NCBI GenBank assembly: GCA_964592785.1 | Contig: CAZQHU010000001.1 | Location: 45,687 to 109,686, forward strand | DNA length: 64,000 nucleotides | Reading direction: 5' to 3' | From: an uncultured Gammaproteobacteria bacterium | GTDB taxonomy: Bacteria > Patescibacteriota > Patescibacteriia > Magasanikbacterales > UBA922 | Part shown: piece by piece, positions 9,390-17,940 of the stretch | Layout: the number at the start of each line of letters is the position of its first letter | Position numbering within the stretch: position 1 is the stretch's first letter | Translations under genes and position numbers: made by a program | Notes under the pieces: model-generated | Databases searched by the model: none | Told to the model about the DNA's origin: nothing | Seen by the model: only the letters and a program-made list of their open reading frames with translations

Positions 9390-9476
9390 GACTTCGTTAA
9401 AGCTTCGCCTGACAAGCTAGAACTATTATCTTAATAGATTTAGCTTGTCCGGCGTAGTCCGCTAGGACGTAGACGG
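9387..9476. repeat. REPIN-like doublet between tRNAs (same family as 5926-6033; single copy at 9078-9106)
   Basis: ccagacTTCG..CTTCgcctgaCAAGcta ... tagCTTGtccggcGTAG..CGTAgacgg. Confidence 0.65.
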
Positions 9477-9550
9477 GTCAGAGTAGCTCAGTCGGTTAGA
9501 GCGTAGCATTCATAACGCTAAGGTCGAGAGTTCGATCCTCTCCTCTGACA
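9477..9550 (+). tRNA. tRNA with CAT anticodon (elongator Met or Ile2)
   Basis: GTCAGAG..TAGCA TT CAT AA CGCTA..GAGAG TTCGATC CTCTC CTCTGAC A; 1-72 paired, so not initiator. Confidence 0.9.
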
Positions 9551-9603
9551 CAAAACCCTGCATTTATATGCAGGGTTTGTTGTATAAAATATTTGTGTAT
9601 TTT

Positions 9604-9882
9604 TTACTTTTTCAAAGCATCTTTTAATCCTTTACCAGCTTTGAATTTTGGCACACGCACTGGAGGAATTTGAATTTTTTCGCTGGGGTTTTGAGGATTG
9701 ACACCAACTCGGCCAGCACGAGTCTTGGCGGAAAAAGCACCAAAGCCAGCGATAGTTACTTCACCATTATTTTTAATGGTTTCGGTGATGATGTCTGTCA
9801 ACGCCTCCACCATGGCTTCTCCTTCTTTTTTGGAAAGGCCAACTTTTTCAGCAATTTTTTGTGCGAGTTCTGCTTTGTTCAT
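9604..9882 (-). CDS. hup: HU DNA-binding protein
   Basis: MNKAEL, GFGAF, GVNPQ, PKFKAGKGLKD. Confidence 0.95.
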   Translation of the reverse strand: MNKAELAQKIAEKVGLSKKEGEAMVEALTDIITETIKNNGEVTIAGFGAFSAKTRAGRVGVNPQNPSEKIQIPPVRVPKFKAGKGLKDALKK

Positions 9883-10045
9883 AAAGAATGAATTAAGAAT
9901 AAAGTATTATGACTAAGTTAATTATTTAGCTTAATCTACACTAATATTGTATATTTTTAATTTTTTGATGTCAATAGAGCGAAATTTTTTATCTGTGGAC
10001 AAAAATAGTTCATAAAGTTTGTAAAGTTATAAAGTCTATAAATTA

Positions 10046-10080
10046 AAAAACCGCCCCGTATATTGTGGGGCGGTTTTTTT
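10046..10080. terminator. Intrinsic terminator of rny; similar stems at 45480-45500 and 61112-61136
   Basis: aaaaaCCGCCCCgtatattgtGGGGCGGttttttt. Confidence 0.75.
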
Positions 10081-10096
10081 ATGGTTTTAGTTTGTT

Positions 10097-11629
10097 TTAT
10101 CTGGCGTATTCGACAACACGAGTCTCACGAATTACATTTACGCGTATTTCTCCAGGATATTGTAATTCATTTTCAATTTTTCTGGCAATATCTTTGGCTA
10201 GATTGTAAGCTTGATAATCATCAACATCATCAGATTTTACAAATACTCGCACTTCACGTCCAGCTTGGATAGCATAAACTTTATCAATGCCAGGGAAGTC
10301 AGAAGCAGTTTTTTCCAGTTCTTCCAAACGGGCTACATATTGTTCGTAAGTATCACGTCGAGCGCCAACTCTGGAGCCAGAAATAGCATCCGCTGCTTTA
10401 GCGATTTGAGTGTAGACATTTTCTGGTTTGTCATCATGGTGATGGGCAGCAGCATCGCAAGTATCTTCATCCAGAGCAAATTTTTTCAAAATAGTCAGAC
10501 CAATTTCTGGGTGTGTTCCTTGGGTTTCTTGGTCTACAGCTTTGCCAATATCATGGAAGAATCCAGCTTTTTTGGCTTTGGCACCATCAAAGCCAAGCTC
10601 TTCGGCAATCATAGCCGAAAGTTGAGCCACTTCAATAGAGTGATTCAAAACATTCTGACCATAAGAAGTCCGGTATTTGAGACGGCCCACAATGGAAACT
10701 AATTTTGGATCGAGACCGGTAATACCAAGTTTATAAAGGGCCTCTTCACCAGCTTTTTTAATGTCAATTGCCAACTCTTTTTTGGCTTCTTCAATAAATT
10801 CTTCAATTCTCGCTGGTTGGATGCGACCATCTTTGATCAATTTTTCCAGAGCCAATTGACAAACGCGACGACGGATAGGGGAGAACCCTGAGATAAGGAT
10901 CATGTCAGGAGTTTCATCAATAATAAGTTCACAACCAGTTAGTTTTTCAATAGTTTTGATATTTCTACCATCTTTACCAATGATTCTGCCTTTCATTTCA
11001 TCACTGGGTAGTGGCACAGCTGTAGAAGTAGTTTCTGAAGAATGATCGGAAGCACAACGTTGAATAGCATCCATAACTATTTCCCGAGCTTTGTTTTCAT
11101 AAGTTTCAGAATTTTCTCTTTCTAGTTTAATGATTCTACTCATTAAATCATCTTTGACTTGTTTTTCTATGCGAGTTAATAATTCTTCGTGAGCCTCATC
11201 ACGACTTAATCCAGATAATCTTTGGAGTTCCTGTAGTCCTTTTTCATAGGCCTCATCAACTCGAGTTTTGATTGATTGTATTTCCTCAACCTTTTTTTGT
11301 AATTTTTCTTTACGTTCCTCAAATTCCAAAAGCTGTTTGTCAAACATGCTTTCGCGTTGTTCTAGACGTTTTTGAATTTGTGACAATTCTTGGCGTCTTT
11401 GATTTTCTTCCAATTTGGCTTCATCAATAGCTTTCAGAGCCTTTTCTTTGGCTTTGAGCAAAAGCTCTTGTTCTTTGTTTTTGGCTTCAATGATAATTTT
11501 TTCGGCTTTGGTTTCAGCAGAATTGGCTTGTGCTTGAGCGATTTGTTTTCTCAAGATATAACCCAAAGCCAAACCCACTGCGATACCAATACCAGAGAAG
11601 GCAATTATCACAAATATTTGTGTAGACAT
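10097..11629 (-). CDS. rny: Ribonuclease Y
   Basis: TM, coiled coil, KH (KGRIIGKDGRNI), HD (HDIGK), YAIQAGREVRV. Confidence 0.96.
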   Translation of the reverse strand: MSTQIFVIIAFSGIGIAVGLALGYILRKQIAQAQANSAETKAEKIIIEAKNKEQELLLKAKEKALKAIDEAKLEENQRRQELSQIQKRLEQRESMFDKQLLEFEERKEKLQKKVEEIQSIKTRVDEAYEKGLQELQRLSGLSRDEAHEELLTRIEKQVKDDLMSRIIKLERENSETYENKAREIVMDAIQRCASDHSSETTSTAVPLPSDEMKGRIIGKDGRNIKTIEKLTGCELIIDETPDMILISGFSPIRRRVCQLALEKLIKDGRIQPARIEEFIEEAKKELAIDIKKAGEEALYKLGITGLDPKLVSIVGRLKYRTSYGQNVLNHSIEVAQLSAMIAEELGFDGAKAKKAGFFHDIGKAVDQETQGTHPEIGLTILKKFALDEDTCDAAAHHHDDKPENVYTQIAKAADAISGSRVGARRDTYEQYVARLEELEKTASDFPGIDKVYAIQAGREVRVFVKSDDVDDYQAYNLAKDIARKIENELQYPGEIRVNVIRETRVVEYAR

Positions 11630-11645
11630 AAAAATTCTCAAATAT

Positions 11646-11818
11646 ACTATTGAGAGTCCGAAAAAATCATTGGCTGATTATGCCAACTCAAAAAGATGGT
11701 CCCTAAACAGGGTTGCGGTTACTTTAGAAGAAGAGTAAATTGCCTTATTTAAGCAAAATTTCTTGACTAACATAATGCATTTCCATTCTTTCCTAACGTT
11801 TTTTTCGGTTTCAATAGC
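11646..11818 (-). ncRNA. Candidate 6S RNA upstream of rny
   Basis: About 170-nt rod: ctattga/tcaatag, ccgaaaaaa/ttttttcgg, central bubble, apical ttgctt/aaggcaa stem; directly after a sigma70 promoter. Confidence 0.5.
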
Positions 11819-11837
11819 TTTATTATTTAATGCCTTA

Positions 11838-11866
11838 AGTATAGCTGAAAACAGACTATTTGTCAA
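11838..11866 (-). promoter_or_regulatory. sigma70 promoter for 6S-like RNA/rny
   Basis: TTGACA-17nt-TATACT on minus strand. Confidence 0.75.
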
Positions 11867-12053
11867 GATTTAAGATTTGCGAAGAGAAAAGGTTTATGGC
11901 TGTGGATAAATCCAATGTACATAAAAATTTATGTAAATTGGATCAAGGTGGTGAACGAAACGCAAATGCGACGTACATCACCATAGGTGGGCACATAAGC
12001 CCGCCGGAGTATATGATCTCCGGTTTCCCTCCTTGATCGTCGAACGATCTGGA

Positions 12054-12302
12054 TTACACCAGTGTCCAATTTCTGCCGTTGGTATTAATCTTGATCGTAG
12101 TTCTGGCTTTCTTCGGGTGGCGTTCGTCGGCGTTGACGATGACTACCAGGTTGTGGTCGATGACCACACCGAACCCGTCTCTGATGTCTCTGACGCAAGA
12201 GATCTTCCCTGTTCGTCCACTGTACTTGCCCCTCAGCATCAGGACGCGTGCTCTTCGAGCAACGAGTTCGTCATTGGTTTCTTTCAGTTGCTGTTGTTCC
12301 AT
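12054..12302 (-). CDS. GC-rich orphan small protein with KOW-like motif
   Basis: GGAGG 5 nt before ATG; RVLMLRGKYSGRTGKI resembles KOW. Confidence 0.6.
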   Translation of the reverse strand: MEQQQLKETNDELVARRARVLMLRGKYSGRTGKISCVRDIRDGFGVVIDHNLVVIVNADERHPKKARTTIKINTNGRNWTLV

Positions 12303-12370
12303 TTTAACCTCCAATTGAATAAACCAAAACCCTGTGGTAAAAATACCACAGGGTTTTGGTTTAGTCAATT

Positions 12371-13102
12371 TTACTTAGTGATAGTTTTGGCCTGGTTTAG
12401 ATCATATGATCCAATCGCTGTTCTTTTTAATTCTTCGCAATAAGCGCCACAGCCAAGTTTTTGGCCAATATCATTGGCAAGGGTGCGGATATAAGTTCCT
12501 GTTGAACAATTTACTTCAATTTTTAAGTCAGGATAGCTATATTCCAATAATTTTATATTATAAATCTCTATTTTTTGTTTTTTGCGTTTTATATTTTTTC
12601 CTTTTCTGGCCAGTTTATACAGTTTTTGGCCGTTTATTTTTTTAGCGGAGAACATGGGGGGGAGTTGTTTTTGTTTGCCGATGAACTTTTTTAAAACTTT
12701 TTCAATTACCCCCCTTGAAAAAGAGGGGCGAGGGGGGATATTGGCCAAGAATTTTGACAACATCCCCCTTATTCCCTCTTTTTTAAGTGGGAGAATATTT
12801 CCTGTCTTATCAAAAGTATCACTAACATATCCAAGTTTGATTGTTGCAATATAAGTTTTGGGAAGATTTTTAAATTCATCCAGTTTTCTGGTTGCTTCGC
12901 GGCCAATACCAACAATTAAAAGGCCGGTCGCAAAAGGATCTAGTGTTCCACTGTGACCTACCTTCGCCTTGCAGGCTTCGGTGGGCAAGCCATTTTTTTT
13001 TCTTTCCTGGTAAATTTGTTTTCTAATATAATTAACCACGTCAAAGCTGGTCCAACCTGCCGGCTTATTAATCAATAAAAAATTATGATATAATTCAGTC
13101 AT
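12371..13102 (-). CDS. truB: tRNA pseudouridine-55 synthase, with in-frame palindromic insert at 12709-12793
   Basis: KPAGWTSFD, GHSGTLDPFATG, PPMFSAKK, GTYIRTLA. Confidence 0.95.
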   Translation of the reverse strand: MTELYHNFLLINKPAGWTSFDVVNYIRKQIYQERKKNGLPTEACKAKVGHSGTLDPFATGLLIVGIGREATRKLDEFKNLPKTYIATIKLGYVSDTFDKTGNILPLKKEGIRGMLSKFLANIPPRPSFSRGVIEKVLKKFIGKQKQLPPMFSAKKINGQKLYKLARKGKNIKRKKQKIEIYNIKLLEYSYPDLKIEVNCSTGTYIRTLANDIGQKLGCGAYCEELKRTAIGSYDLNQAKTITK

Positions 13103-14065
13103 ATGCAAAACAATAATACTCTTGGTTGGGGAGTGAAGTCAACAGCTGGCGCTGAGATCTGGGATAGTGAGCCAATTTTTAAAAATGAAAAAATAAATTA
13201 TAAAGATTGGCTCAAACTTCTTTTTTATCCTAAGAAATGGTTTTTGTATCGCTGGGTGAAGAGCGGGGTGAACAAGGTGGAAAAAGAAAATAATATTGTT
13301 AGAGTGTTAGACGTAGGATGTGGCACAGGCGCAAGTCTAGTTGATTTTAAAAGAATTTTTGGTAGAAAAGTTGAGGTTTATGGAGTAGAGGTGGTGCGTT
13401 TGCAAGTAGATTTGGCCAAAGAAAAAATAAGCAAATATGGAGTCTGGTCAGAAGTGAAGTGGTATGATGGGCAAGAATTGCCTTTTTCAGAAAATTATTT
13501 TGATGCTATATATACTTCTGATGTTTTGGGCCATGTGGCTGATGTGCGTTCTTGGCTTGGTGAATTGAATAGGGTTTTAAAATCTGGTGGAACTTTAGCG
13601 ATGTTTGCTGAATCAAAGCTCGGCAAGCACGCTTACATTCGCAATTATTTATCTGAGCATGGTTTGAATGTTGATCCTCATGCTGAGTTTCATATCTCAC
13701 TTTATTCCAAAAATATTTTACAAGAATATTTGGAAGCAGCGGGTTTTCAAATTAAAAAAATGTATAGTGCTTTTTGGGCAAGTTTTTTGGTGCATCCAGA
13801 TGAGTTTTATCATGCATTACAACGTCATCCTGAGCGAAGCCCACAAGGCGGAGTCGAAGGATCTCTTAGTTCTCGGGATGTTTCGGCTTTGCTCAACATG
13901 ACAATTAGAATTTTAAAATTTATTAATAAAGTTTTGTATAAAATCAAGAAAAAACTCCATCCCTATTCTACAGCTTTGTGTGAGTTGTATGGTTTGGTGG
14001 AGATGTATTTGGTTGGTAGATTTGTAGAAGCCCAAGGATATGTGATATTGGCTAAGAAGAAATAA
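13103..14065 (+). CDS. Class I SAM methyltransferase with in-frame palindromic insert at 13823-13903
   Basis: VLDVGCGTG, LPFSENYFD, RVLKSGG. Confidence 0.85.
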   Translation: MQNNNTLGWGVKSTAGAEIWDSEPIFKNEKINYKDWLKLLFYPKKWFLYRWVKSGVNKVEKENNIVRVLDVGCGTGASLVDFKRIFGRKVEVYGVEVVRLQVDLAKEKISKYGVWSEVKWYDGQELPFSENYFDAIYTSDVLGHVADVRSWLGELNRVLKSGGTLAMFAESKLGKHAYIRNYLSEHGLNVDPHAEFHISLYSKNILQEYLEAAGFQIKKMYSAFWASFLVHPDEFYHALQRHPERSPQGGVEGSLSSRDVSALLNMTIRILKFINKVLYKIKKKLHPYSTALCELYGLVEMYLVGRFVEAQGYVILAKKK

Positions 14066-14202
14066 AAACACCCACCATGAAAGTGGGTGTTTTTAATATT
14101 TTCAATCTCCGGTTTGTACTTGTCACAAATATTTATGGCAAGTAGGTGTGCCGGAGAGTGAGGATATGTGATGCCGGCACATGCGTGGGTGAAGTTATCG
14201 GT

Positions 14203-14850
14203 CTAGACGAGGAGGATGAAGCTGTTGTCGTTCGATGGGTAGCCAGAGGAGTGTCTATAGGTTACCTCGTTGTCAGTAACCTTGAAGACATCAGTTGATG
14301 CTGGCATCTCGCGTTCCCTTCGAACAATACAAACTTCTTTGCCTGTGAGTTGTTTTCGATGTTCTCGGACGAACGCGATGACCTCTTGCAAGGTTGCTGA
14401 ACGTCTTCCCAGAACCTTGTAGACCACCTGTTCGATGGTTTCTTCGAATTTGCTCAGATTGCACATTGGCCCAAATCCAGCAAGAGGGAAAAGGAAAACT
14501 GGAAGGGCATAAGTGGTTGTCCTTTCACTGAAATTGAGGAAATGTGAGACAAGATGACCACTTTGCGTTCTTTCCGTGCATTTGAACAAACGATTGAACT
14601 CTTCTTCGTTTACGGCCTGGCCGTTCATGTTGAGTACGAAGCGTTCGCAAGTGACGCCGACCACCGACTTTCCAGCTGATGCGGGCAAGTCTTGGGCCCT
14701 GGTCAACACCAGTTTTCTCCTGATGATCATCAAGAGTCTGGACCAGTTGTCCAGGACCCATTGGATGACCATCTCCGCCTCGGGGTATTTCCCGGACGTG
14801 AGATCATGTAGAACTCCCCATCCATCAGGTCTGTCCTTTTTCGTTCCCAT
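14203..14850 (-). CDS. GC-rich orphan protein (start after AAGGAG; structured leader of about 110 nt)
   Basis: Long ORF; aaggagaacatcATG; promoter-like TTTACA-17-TATATA at about 14970-14998. Confidence 0.6.
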   Translation of the reverse strand: MGTKKDRPDGWGVLHDLTSGKYPEAEMVIQWVLDNWSRLLMIIRRKLVLTRAQDLPASAGKSVVGVTCERFVLNMNGQAVNEEEFNRLFKCTERTQSGHLVSHFLNFSERTTTYALPVFLFPLAGFGPMCNLSKFEETIEQVVYKVLGRRSATLQEVIAFVREHRKQLTGKEVCIVRREREMPASTDVFKVTDNEVTYRHSSGYPSNDNSFILLV

Positions 14851-15187
14851 GATGTTCTCCTTTACCCATCTGGTAATGACGGTTTCAGCTACCGAGCTTT
14901 TGCTCTTGACCGAAGCCGATAAGCCAGACGAGCGCATGTGGGCTAGGACCAATTCCTAGCTCTAGATTTTATATACCATATATTGTTTATTTTGTAAAGC
15001 TAGTGCACCTATATCAATCATTGGGAGCAAACAATTTTTGATTAATTATTCATTATAAATTAAAAAATCCGCTTAAAACGGATTTTTTAATTTCAATTAT
15101 TTACAAATAATTTTGTAAACACTTGAGTCACCCCGGTCCTCCAGGTCCGAGTGCTCCTACAGTGTAGGAAAGGTGCAGGACAGTTGG

Positions 15188-15541
15188 TCACAACATGCCC
15201 CAATAGAAGAGTTTGGAGACAAGTGGAATATTGAAAACGGCGCCGATGATGGTTTCGACACTTCCTTCTGAGGGTGTCTTGTAGAAGACAAATGCAGGAA
15301 TGCCACAGATGCTGTGGGCCTTGGCAATTGTTGGGCAATTGTCCGCATTGAATTCCACAATCTTGAGTCGGTGGCCGAATTCTTCGGCTATATGGTTGAG
15401 ACGATCTATGGCAAGCCCACAGGGTTGGCACCAATCTGTCCAGAAGAAAACTAGCACTGGTATGGGCGATTTGGTCACTTCTTGTTCGAAGTTTGTCGTG
15501 GTCCCGTGCGTTACCTGCTCGTGAAATCTTGGCATTGCCAT
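15188..15541 (-). CDS. GC-rich divergent thioredoxin-like protein
   Basis: PVLVFFWTDWCQPC, GIPAFVFYK; AGGAG SD; TTGACA-17-TAAAAT upstream. Confidence 0.75.
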   Translation of the reverse strand: MAMPRFHEQVTHGTTTNFEQEVTKSPIPVLVFFWTDWCQPCGLAIDRLNHIAEEFGHRLKIVEFNADNCPTIAKAHSICGIPAFVFYKTPSEGSVETIIGAVFNIPLVSKLFYWGML

Positions 15542-15686
15542 TAGAGTCTCTCCTGCAGAAGTAATTGTTCAAACATCTTCCAATATGATTTTTATAATAA
15601 ATCTTATTTTTTGTCAATAGTTCATACTTGGCATTTTATTTTAACGTGTTATAATTAAAATGGTTAATTTTAAAAGCCATTTTTTT

Positions 15687-17867
15687 ATGTCAAATAATCC
15701 AATACATTTAGATTTACAAAATAAAAATTTAGAGGATTTACCAGGTATTGATGTAGCCAAATTTAATGAGTTGGCTCGTATTATGCGTGGTTTTATTTTT
15801 GCCACAGTAGAGGCGGCGCGTAGTGGACACCCTGGCGGGCCATCGGCCAAAGTGGAACAGTTTCTTGGCATGGTACTTGGTGGGACAATGGCTTTTGATG
15901 CATTGGATCCCAAAAACCCTGGTCGAGATAGAGTGATTTGGTCGGCGGGACATTGCTCACCTGGCTTGTACGCTGGCTTGGCTTTAATTTATGAAAGTTT
16001 GAGAAAAGCTGGAATAAAATTTGATAAAGAAAAATTGCAAACTTATTTGCCAGAAGATTTGGTTCGCTTTCGCCATCCCGATGGGCCACAGGGTCATATT
16101 GAAAATTATAATCCTTTAACAGATTTTGCCACTGGCCCTTCTGGACATGGTTTGTCTGGTGCTGGTGGTATGGCAGTAGTACACAAATCATGTGGACTGG
16201 ATACGCGAGTTTGGGTGTTTATGGGTGATGCTGAGAGTGAAGAGGGTATGAGTTATGAGGCGCGCAATCTTATCAACACTTTGGGATTGGATAATGTGAT
16301 TGTTAGTCTTGATTATAATCATTATGGGATTGATGGCGATATTGATGAAGTGATTGCTACTCCATATATCAATCATTGGTTGGGGTTGGGTTGGAATGTG
16401 ATTGAAATTGATGGGCACAATATTTTGCAGTGCGTTCATGCTTATCGACAGGCGGCCAAAGGATTTGGAAACAGCAGTCCAACAGTAGTTTTGGCACATG
16501 CTATCAAAGGCAAGGCCTATGGACAAAAAGAAAATACTGCAGATTCACATGGTACGCCAGCCAAATTTGATGAGTATGTACAAATCATGAAAGAATTAGG
16601 ATTTGAGATTCCAGGAGTTGAAAAAGAAGTGTTGAAAGATGTTGAAGTGGTGAGTGAAGCAATTACTTCGGAGTTAGCAGGATATGTGAAAGAAAGACTT
16701 GAAAGTCAAAAGTCAAAAGTCAAAAGTCAAAAAGAATTGACTGGTCAAATGGAGAAAACATTGGCTGGGCGTCAGTTAGTCAATCCAACTAGTATAAAAC
16801 GACCAAAAGAATTACCGACAGAGCTTATTTTTGAACCTGGAACAAAAGTGGCGACTAGAAAAGCCACTCAAGCCTGGTTTGAATGGTTGATGAAACAAAC
16901 AGCATTTTTTTATGCAGGAACAGGGGACTTGAGCAAATCTATTCTTACTGATAAAGCAGAAAAAGTGTTTGGAATAATGTCTCGTGAAAATCCTTTGGGT
17001 AGGGGAATTCGTTTTGGGATAGCTGAGCAAAACATGGCCATGTGGTCTACCGCCCTTACAACCGATCGTTTACCGGGAGGATTTGCACCAGTTTCAGTTT
17101 TTTCTTCTTATGCAGTGTTTACTTCCATGATGACCAATTGTGTACGTTTGACTTTGATCAATAATCATTTAAATCCAGAAAACAAAGGCTTTTTTATTTT
17201 ACTAGCGGCGCATGATGGCCCAGAAACAGGCGAGGACGGACCTACTCATCAGGGGATGTATTGGATGAGTATGTTCACCGCTTATCCAGGAATAAAAGTT
17301 TATAAACCAATGGATGCCAATGAAACAATTGAAATGCTTTTTTACGCTCTAGAACGCGGTGAGCCGATCGCTTTGTCAGTGAGTCGTCCAGATACTATTG
17401 TTTTGGATAGAAGTATTGGAAATTCAAAAGCTAGTGAGGCGGTAAATGGGGCATATGTGTTCTACGAAAGTCAAAAGTCTTTAAAGTCCATAAAGTCAAA
17501 AGTCGTGATTGTGGTTGCTGGTGGAATTACTTTGGCGAATACGATGGAGACAGTGCCGGAGTTGGAAAAACAGGGATTGAGTGTGAAAGTATTAGCAGTA
17601 ACTTCTCCCCAGCTTTTTGAAGAGTTGAGGAAAAATGATCCAAAGAAAGCCGAGGAAATATTTTCTGCTGAAGACAGAAAAAATGTGATAGCCATACACA
17701 ATGGTTGGAAAGGGTTTCTTTATCCGTTTCTTTTGCCAGAAGATTATCTGGAGCGAAATATTGGCATTGATACTTATCTCAAATCCGGCAATATAAAGGA
17801 AGTGTATGAATTGGCTGGGTTGACGACGGAAAATATTAAACAGAAAATTTTAAATATTAAAAAATAA
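15687..17867 (+). CDS. tkt: Transketolase
   Basis: SGHPGG, RDRVIWSAGH, GDAESEEG, FGIAEQNM, GEDGPTHQ. Confidence 0.92.
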   Translation: MSNNPIHLDLQNKNLEDLPGIDVAKFNELARIMRGFIFATVEAARSGHPGGPSAKVEQFLGMVLGGTMAFDALDPKNPGRDRVIWSAGHCSPGLYAGLALIYESLRKAGIKFDKEKLQTYLPEDLVRFRHPDGPQGHIENYNPLTDFATGPSGHGLSGAGGMAVVHKSCGLDTRVWVFMGDAESEEGMSYEARNLINTLGLDNVIVSLDYNHYGIDGDIDEVIATPYINHWLGLGWNVIEIDGHNILQCVHAYRQAAKGFGNSSPTVVLAHAIKGKAYGQKENTADSHGTPAKFDEYVQIMKELGFEIPGVEKEVLKDVEVVSEAITSELAGYVKERLESQKSKVKSQKELTGQMEKTLAGRQLVNPTSIKRPKELPTELIFEPGTKVATRKATQAWFEWLMKQTAFFYAGTGDLSKSILTDKAEKVFGIMSRENPLGRGIRFGIAEQNMAMWSTALTTDRLPGGFAPVSVFSSYAVFTSMMTNCVRLTLINNHLNPENKGFFILLAAHDGPETGEDGPTHQGMYWMSMFTAYPGIKVYKPMDANETIEMLFYALERGEPIALSVSRPDTIVLDRSIGNSKASEAVNGAYVFYESQKSLKSIKSKVVIVVAGGITLANTMETVPELEKQGLSVKVLAVTSPQLFEELRKNDPKKAEEIFSAEDRKNVIAIHNGWKGFLYPFLLPEDYLERNIGIDTYLKSGNIKEVYELAGLTTENIKQKILNIKK

Positions 17868-17868
17868 C

Positions 17869-17932
17869 TGTCATTCCTGCGAAGGCAGGAATCCAGATTT
17901 TTGATTAGATTCCCACCTTCCCGGGAATGACA
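17869..17932. repeat. GTCATTCC..GGAATGAC palindromic doublet; copies at 33774-33836, 34181-34244, 44010-44077
   Basis: tgtcattcctgcgaaggcaggaatc..gattcccaccttcccgggaatgaca. Confidence 0.85.
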
Positions 17933-17940
17933 ATAAAAAT

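Noticed and set aside
9163-9420. 85-aa ORF in the track
   Set aside because: Overlaps tRNA genes and repeats; spurious
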